Assembly: GCA_017537515.1 (NCBI GenBank)
Contig: JAFYKO010000122.1
Location: 3,866-67,865, forward strand
Reading direction: 5' to 3'
Origin: Clostridia bacterium
GTDB lineage: Bacteria > Bacillota > Clostridia > Christensenellales > UBA1242
DNA length: 64,000 nucleotides
Positions 59,946 to 64,000 of the stretch are shown here, piece after piece; within the stretch, counting starts at the first letter, position 1; each line of letters opens with the position of its first letter. The position numbers and the translations under genes are program-made. The notes under the pieces are model-generated. The model ran no database searches and was not told the DNA's origin. It was given only the letters and a program-made list of their open reading frames with translations.

Positions 59946-61163
59946 TTAAGAAAGTTCCAATATGTAGGTTACAGTTTTTTCCGAAATATTAGCGTCAGTC
60001 CCTTGGATGCATCCAACAATGAAGCGGAAGCACGAATACGGAGGGATTTTCGTGTATTCGCCAAAGTCGATAGACTCAACCATCCCGTTAGTCCCGACTA
60101 CCAGGCTCATTCGTCTGTAAATATACCATTCGTTTTCATAAGTTTGGTAGTAAATTTCCTTACCAATATCATCCGCAGAAAACGACGTAATGTATAAAGC
60201 ACCGTAATCGCCCTGGGAAGGAGCATAACCACCCGTAGGGAATGCCATTAAAGCAGCGAACTGATATGCAGACCTGTCAAACCTCACAAGGTAGAAGTTA
60301 GAACTGTTGAAGTCCGCAACGTAAGCCCCGACATTAGCTGGAACTTCTAGGGGAGTCAGCGGGGCAATAATACCCGCCTTACGGTTGAAACTAGAATACT
60401 TTGTGTTACCACAAATTTGAATCAAGTCGGGAACGGCAGACGTAGCCTTTAATGTCTGCGGGTCTTCTGCGACTGCGAACCCAAAGTCAGTCGGGGACAA
60501 TTTACCGTTGCCCGCATTCATAACCCACTGACCGTTGTCAAGGTTCAACAATTTGTAGGCATCGTCAAGCGGTTGGTCGTTTCGGTAGAACATTCTACGA
60601 ACACGCTGCGGTGCAAACTTGCGAACACCCGTAACAAGTATTCCATCGCAAGACAACGACGACCCAACTGAAAGAACGTTTGTCTTCACTTTCTGTGCGT
60701 TCAAGTTCATAGTATTCAAGTTCTCAAACGACATACTACCAAATTTTACGGAACCACCACTAACTTTTGTCTTTCCCTTAATGGAACGAATTGTGGCACC
60801 ATTGGCAGTAACATATCGGGCATAACACTGCTGAATTGTAGCCGAAATAACCTTGCTGCAAGACACAGAAACCTTATAACCATCGCTATCGGTCACACAC
60901 AAATTACCGTCAGCATCAACAGACAACTTAACTTTCTTGCCAACGCCTTGACCGCCCAAATACAATTCGTCAAACTTGCCATCCTTGTAATTGGAAACCA
61001 GGTCCAGGACAGACTGCACGGTGATGCTGTATTTGCCCATATTGAACGTGACGGGTTCCTTGCCGTTAAGCAGGGACTTCAACTTCAATATGAGTTCAAC
61101 AAAGTCGTCGTTAGCCGACTTCATCTCTTCAAGAGAGGTAGAACTATCTGCTACACTAGCCAT
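59946..61163 (-). CDS. hypothetical baseplate/fibre-module protein (405 aa)
   Basis: ORF track. Confidence 0.6.
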   Translation of the reverse strand: MASVADSSTSLEEMKSANDDFVELILKLKSLLNGKEPVTFNMGKYSITVQSVLDLVSNYKDGKFDELYLGGQGVGKKVKLSVDADGNLCVTDSDGYKVSVSCSKVISATIQQCYARYVTANGATIRSIKGKTKVSGGSVKFGSMSFENLNTMNLNAQKVKTNVLSVGSSLSCDGILVTGVRKFAPQRVRRMFYRNDQPLDDAYKLLNLDNGQWVMNAGNGKLSPTDFGFAVAEDPQTLKATSAVPDLIQICGNTKYSSFNRKAGIIAPLTPLEVPANVGAYVADFNSSNFYLVRFDRSAYQFAALMAFPTGGYAPSQGDYGALYITSFSADDIGKEIYYQTYENEWYIYRRMSLVVGTNGMVESIDFGEYTKIPPYSCFRFIVGCIQGTDANISEKTVTYILELS

Positions 61164-61921
61164 TAAATTGCCCCTTCGTCGTCATTCTTCATTTCAAAAA
61201 TGTTCACACGGTCCTGCCCGATAGCCGCCCAAACAAGGAACGTGACATTACGATACACAGGCAGCACACGGGTATAATAACCATTAGCGTCTGCATCGTT
61301 ATACCAAAGTTTAAGGGTTACATCGTCGCCATTTGGGTTCGTGTTTACGAATGTGACCTGCGTGTAATACTGCTTACCGCTATACAGGCTATTCGCCACT
61401 CCCGTAGGCATAGACTTGATATGGAAGTCAAACGACGTAATCGGGGTTCCACCACTATCGGTTGCCCAACCCACGAAGATAACAGGTTCTAGTTGGTGCA
61501 TCCTAACGTTAATGTTATTCGTGGTTGGCATACATACAGAAGACACTTCTGCCCGCATAAACTTGGCATAAGACTCCCAACCAACACGGGACGGGTCATA
61601 CGGGTTGCCCCCCTCGTCGTGCCACGCATTAGACGTGCGGTCCGTAGCAGAAATTCTACCGTCCACACGATACGCTGAAAACTTCACTGTCTTACAGGTA
61701 GGCTCGTTAAGGGACAAACCAGCAATCAAGTCGTTTCGGATTTTCGCCAGGTTATCTACCTTGTGGACCCCGTTAGACAACTGAATTTCCACAGTTCGGG
61801 GCGTATCGGTGTTGCAAATCAAGTCCCACTTGGTTACGATTTCAGCAACGTCACTTTGGGACTGCCCAAGCAACTTCAAGGCAGCAGCGAAATCTACAAT
61901 AGCAGCAGGCATTTGTTCCAT
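61163..61921 (-). CDS. hypothetical baseplate-module protein (252 aa)
   Basis: ORF track. Confidence 0.6.
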   Translation of the reverse strand: MEQMPAAIVDFAAALKLLGQSQSDVAEIVTKWDLICNTDTPRTVEIQLSNGVHKVDNLAKIRNDLIAGLSLNEPTCKTVKFSAYRVDGRISATDRTSNAWHDEGGNPYDPSRVGWESYAKFMRAEVSSVCMPTTNNINVRMHQLEPVIFVGWATDSGGTPITSFDFHIKSMPTGVANSLYSGKQYYTQVTFVNTNPNGDDVTLKLWYNDADANGYYTRVLPVYRNVTFLVWAAIGQDRVNIFEMKNDDEGAI

Positions 61922-61924
61922 AGT

Positions 61925-63931
61925 TTACTTCCTCGTTCCAAGAATTTCTTTAAGTGATACGTTGAGCAGGCTTGGGGGCACGTAGGTAGCCGACGGCAGA
62001 ACCAACTCAATTTCGTCCTTTGCGTTGTCAACCGAATCCAACCGAAGCGTGACATACGCTGACGACAGATTGTAGGTTTCCGTAAGCAAAGAATTGAGTG
62101 TATCGGCTTCTAGGGTCTTGCCGACGTGGTAGCACACATAGTCTTCAATCGTCTTGCGGACCTGCTGCTGCATAGTGTAGGGTGCCGTATATTGAATGTA
62201 AACACTGACACCGACCTGCCCAAGCGGTTCAACCACTACAGACGTAAATCCCAACTTATCCGCTATATTGAAATAGCCCTTGATTTCGGATTCAAAGATA
62301 GCCTGGGTAAGTTGTTCATAATCATCAAACTTGTAGGACAGGTTATAGACCTGTTCGGTAGAATTGTCGTCGTCGTCAAGTTCCAGGGCTTCTTCACGGG
62401 TAGCCCAAAACCTGTCTTCGCTATACAGCGAAACGTCTTCTTCACTGCCAGGTTCAACCGTCTGCCCGCCATCCCGCAACGCAAGCCAAAGTTTCTTCGT
62501 CTTGGAATGGTAAACAACGTCGCCCTGGTAATAGACCCCGTGTTCACTCCAATACCTGCGGTTCTTCAAGACAAGACCCGACAACACGATTGTAGCATTG
62601 TCATACACACAAGACGACGGGTAATAGCGTTGGTAAACCTGCGAAAGTTTAGTTCCGTCTGCCAAAGACATATAGAATGCCCAACCGTTCTTTGAAGAGG
62701 GGACACCCCTGTAATTCGGGTCGGAACAAATATACAGGCTAGACTCATAAACAACCATATCACCAGGATTATACTTCTTATAACGGCTATACTTGTATCG
62801 GTTGAAAAACAAAAGTTCCTTGGACTTGCGACCATTCCTAGCGTCGTTGTAGCCCTTTGAGAGCATAGACACCGTAATCCAGGAAGCCCAATTATATTCC
62901 CTGCGACCAAAGCAAGATTTCACAAAAGGTATCTTACTAACTTCGGTCACAAGGTCACGTTCGTCTGTAATCTTGCTTGCAGCGAAAAATTCCGAAACAG
63001 CACGGGAACGCAACGTGGTAGGGGTGTCGCCCATATTCATAGGTGCAAGCAACGGAGTGCTTTCACCTTTAAGGAACATTTCCGTAATGTCAGTATTGAA
63101 CTTTATCGTAGAATTGTCCACAGGTGCAAGGCTTTCGCACTTAACGTAGGTCACGACGACTTGCTTAATATGAGCCTTACCGCTACCACCATTGTAATCC
63201 TTGCCGAAGATTTCGCCATCGCCCAAGGTAAGTGTCATACCACGGGAGGTATGCTGAATCAAGGCTGCTTCGTCGGCATTCGGCATAGACAGAAGTTCAT
63301 CCAAGGACCAGGCTAGTTTCGGATAAATCGGGGGTTCGTCCCCGTCCATTTCCAACTTGACTTCCACAGACTCCGACCATACAGACTTGTAGGTTTCGGG
63401 AATAAGGACGGGTGCAAAGATACCAGGGGTATATCCGTCAAACCCGCTATCAATCGTCTGCTGCACGTAGTCGCCCGCACAATAAAGGGCTTCGTATTCA
63501 GTCCCCAATTCGGAACCTTCCACGTGACCCGTAGCGTCAATCTTGAACACAATAAGGTTCGTCTTGGAGCCGTCTTTAAGTGCAATAGTCCCCAACGAAC
63601 TCCAACGAGTATAAGAACGCTCCGACCAAAAGCGGAACGGGGTTGAGGAGTTAATCTTCGGGGGCGTAATGGATTCAACGCTGTTAAGCAAAATGCCTTC
63701 CGCAAGTTTAAGCAGGTAAGCGTCGTTGCTATACAGAACGTCCATATTGAGCAGGTGGGACGCAGAACGGGCAGTGATAGCGTCAAGCCCATACATAAGC
63801 ATCTGCAAGAACGAACGGGTCTGCTGCCCGAACACTGCGGAGTCTTTATTGAGAGTGGCTGCGGAACGCCCCAGGCGTTCCTGTATAGACAGGTTCGCTA
63901 ACGCAAAATGGTCGTAAAATTGTTGAGCCAT
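61925..63931 (-). CDS. putative baseplate wedge protein (gpJ/gp6 position) (668 aa)
   Basis: Size and position at the head of the baseplate/fibre operon. No motif recognised. Confidence 0.45.
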   Translation of the reverse strand: MAQQFYDHFALANLSIQERLGRSAATLNKDSAVFGQQTRSFLQMLMYGLDAITARSASHLLNMDVLYSNDAYLLKLAEGILLNSVESITPPKINSSTPFRFWSERSYTRWSSLGTIALKDGSKTNLIVFKIDATGHVEGSELGTEYEALYCAGDYVQQTIDSGFDGYTPGIFAPVLIPETYKSVWSESVEVKLEMDGDEPPIYPKLAWSLDELLSMPNADEAALIQHTSRGMTLTLGDGEIFGKDYNGGSGKAHIKQVVVTYVKCESLAPVDNSTIKFNTDITEMFLKGESTPLLAPMNMGDTPTTLRSRAVSEFFAASKITDERDLVTEVSKIPFVKSCFGRREYNWASWITVSMLSKGYNDARNGRKSKELLFFNRYKYSRYKKYNPGDMVVYESSLYICSDPNYRGVPSSKNGWAFYMSLADGTKLSQVYQRYYPSSCVYDNATIVLSGLVLKNRRYWSEHGVYYQGDVVYHSKTKKLWLALRDGGQTVEPGSEEDVSLYSEDRFWATREEALELDDDDNSTEQVYNLSYKFDDYEQLTQAIFESEIKGYFNIADKLGFTSVVVEPLGQVGVSVYIQYTAPYTMQQQVRKTIEDYVCYHVGKTLEADTLNSLLTETYNLSSAYVTLRLDSVDNAKDEIELVLPSATYVPPSLLNVSLKEILGTRK

Positions 63932-63944
63932 ACTTTAACCTCTA

Positions 63945-64000
63945 CTACACTATCCCGTTCACGTCAAAAGTTTCAGTGCCGAACGTAAGTTGCAAATCCA
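63945..64000 (-). CDS. 3' end of an upstream gene (partial)
   Basis: The frame reading ...DLQLTFGTETFDVNGIV* ends at TAG 63945..63947, 13 nt before the next ATG, with a GAGG SD in between. Confidence 0.3.
   Translation of the reverse strand, partial: DLQLTFGTETFDVNGIV

Overview
This window looks like part of a large contractile-tailed phage or prophage genome. About 85 tightly packed genes lie almost entirely on the minus strand, with Shine-Dalgarno-led starts and many ATGA/TAATG overlaps. Reading the minus strand from right to left, the order is: baseplate and tail-fibre module (64.0-54.6 kb); an AT-richer glycosyltransferase island (52.7-49.9 kb); the head module (49.6-30.7 kb), with a T4 gp21-type prohead protease, a scaffold-like protein and a major capsid protein; the tail module (28.9-19.6 kb), with sheath, tube and tape measure; and roughly 19 kb of small, early-type genes of unknown function, which also include an acyl carrier protein, a CoaE-like kinase and LemA. 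Four signals stand out. (1) The window holds four TnpB-superfamily RuvC genes. Two are canonical solo tnpB. The other two are diverged paralogs that keep the D-E-D triad but lack the zinc ribbon, and one of them is translationally coupled inside the tail-fibre operon. (2) A set of head-module proteins and polyproteins is punctuated by a recurring ESKKSE peptide, encoded by a near-invariant 18-mer. They share an N-terminal M..KI.VHE.KKSE peptide, consistent with protease-processed, capsid-packaged cargo. (3) A conserved TTGACA-N17-TATATT promoter family carries a 10-bp inverted repeat bracketing the -35 element and a CA-rich ACCGAGG leader. A -35-less variant with four TAGGTAAT boxes lies upstream of the scaffold and capsid genes. 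(4) There are several structured non-coding elements. No tRNA, rRNA or CRISPR array was seen. All homology statements rest on motif recognition by eye, not on database searches.
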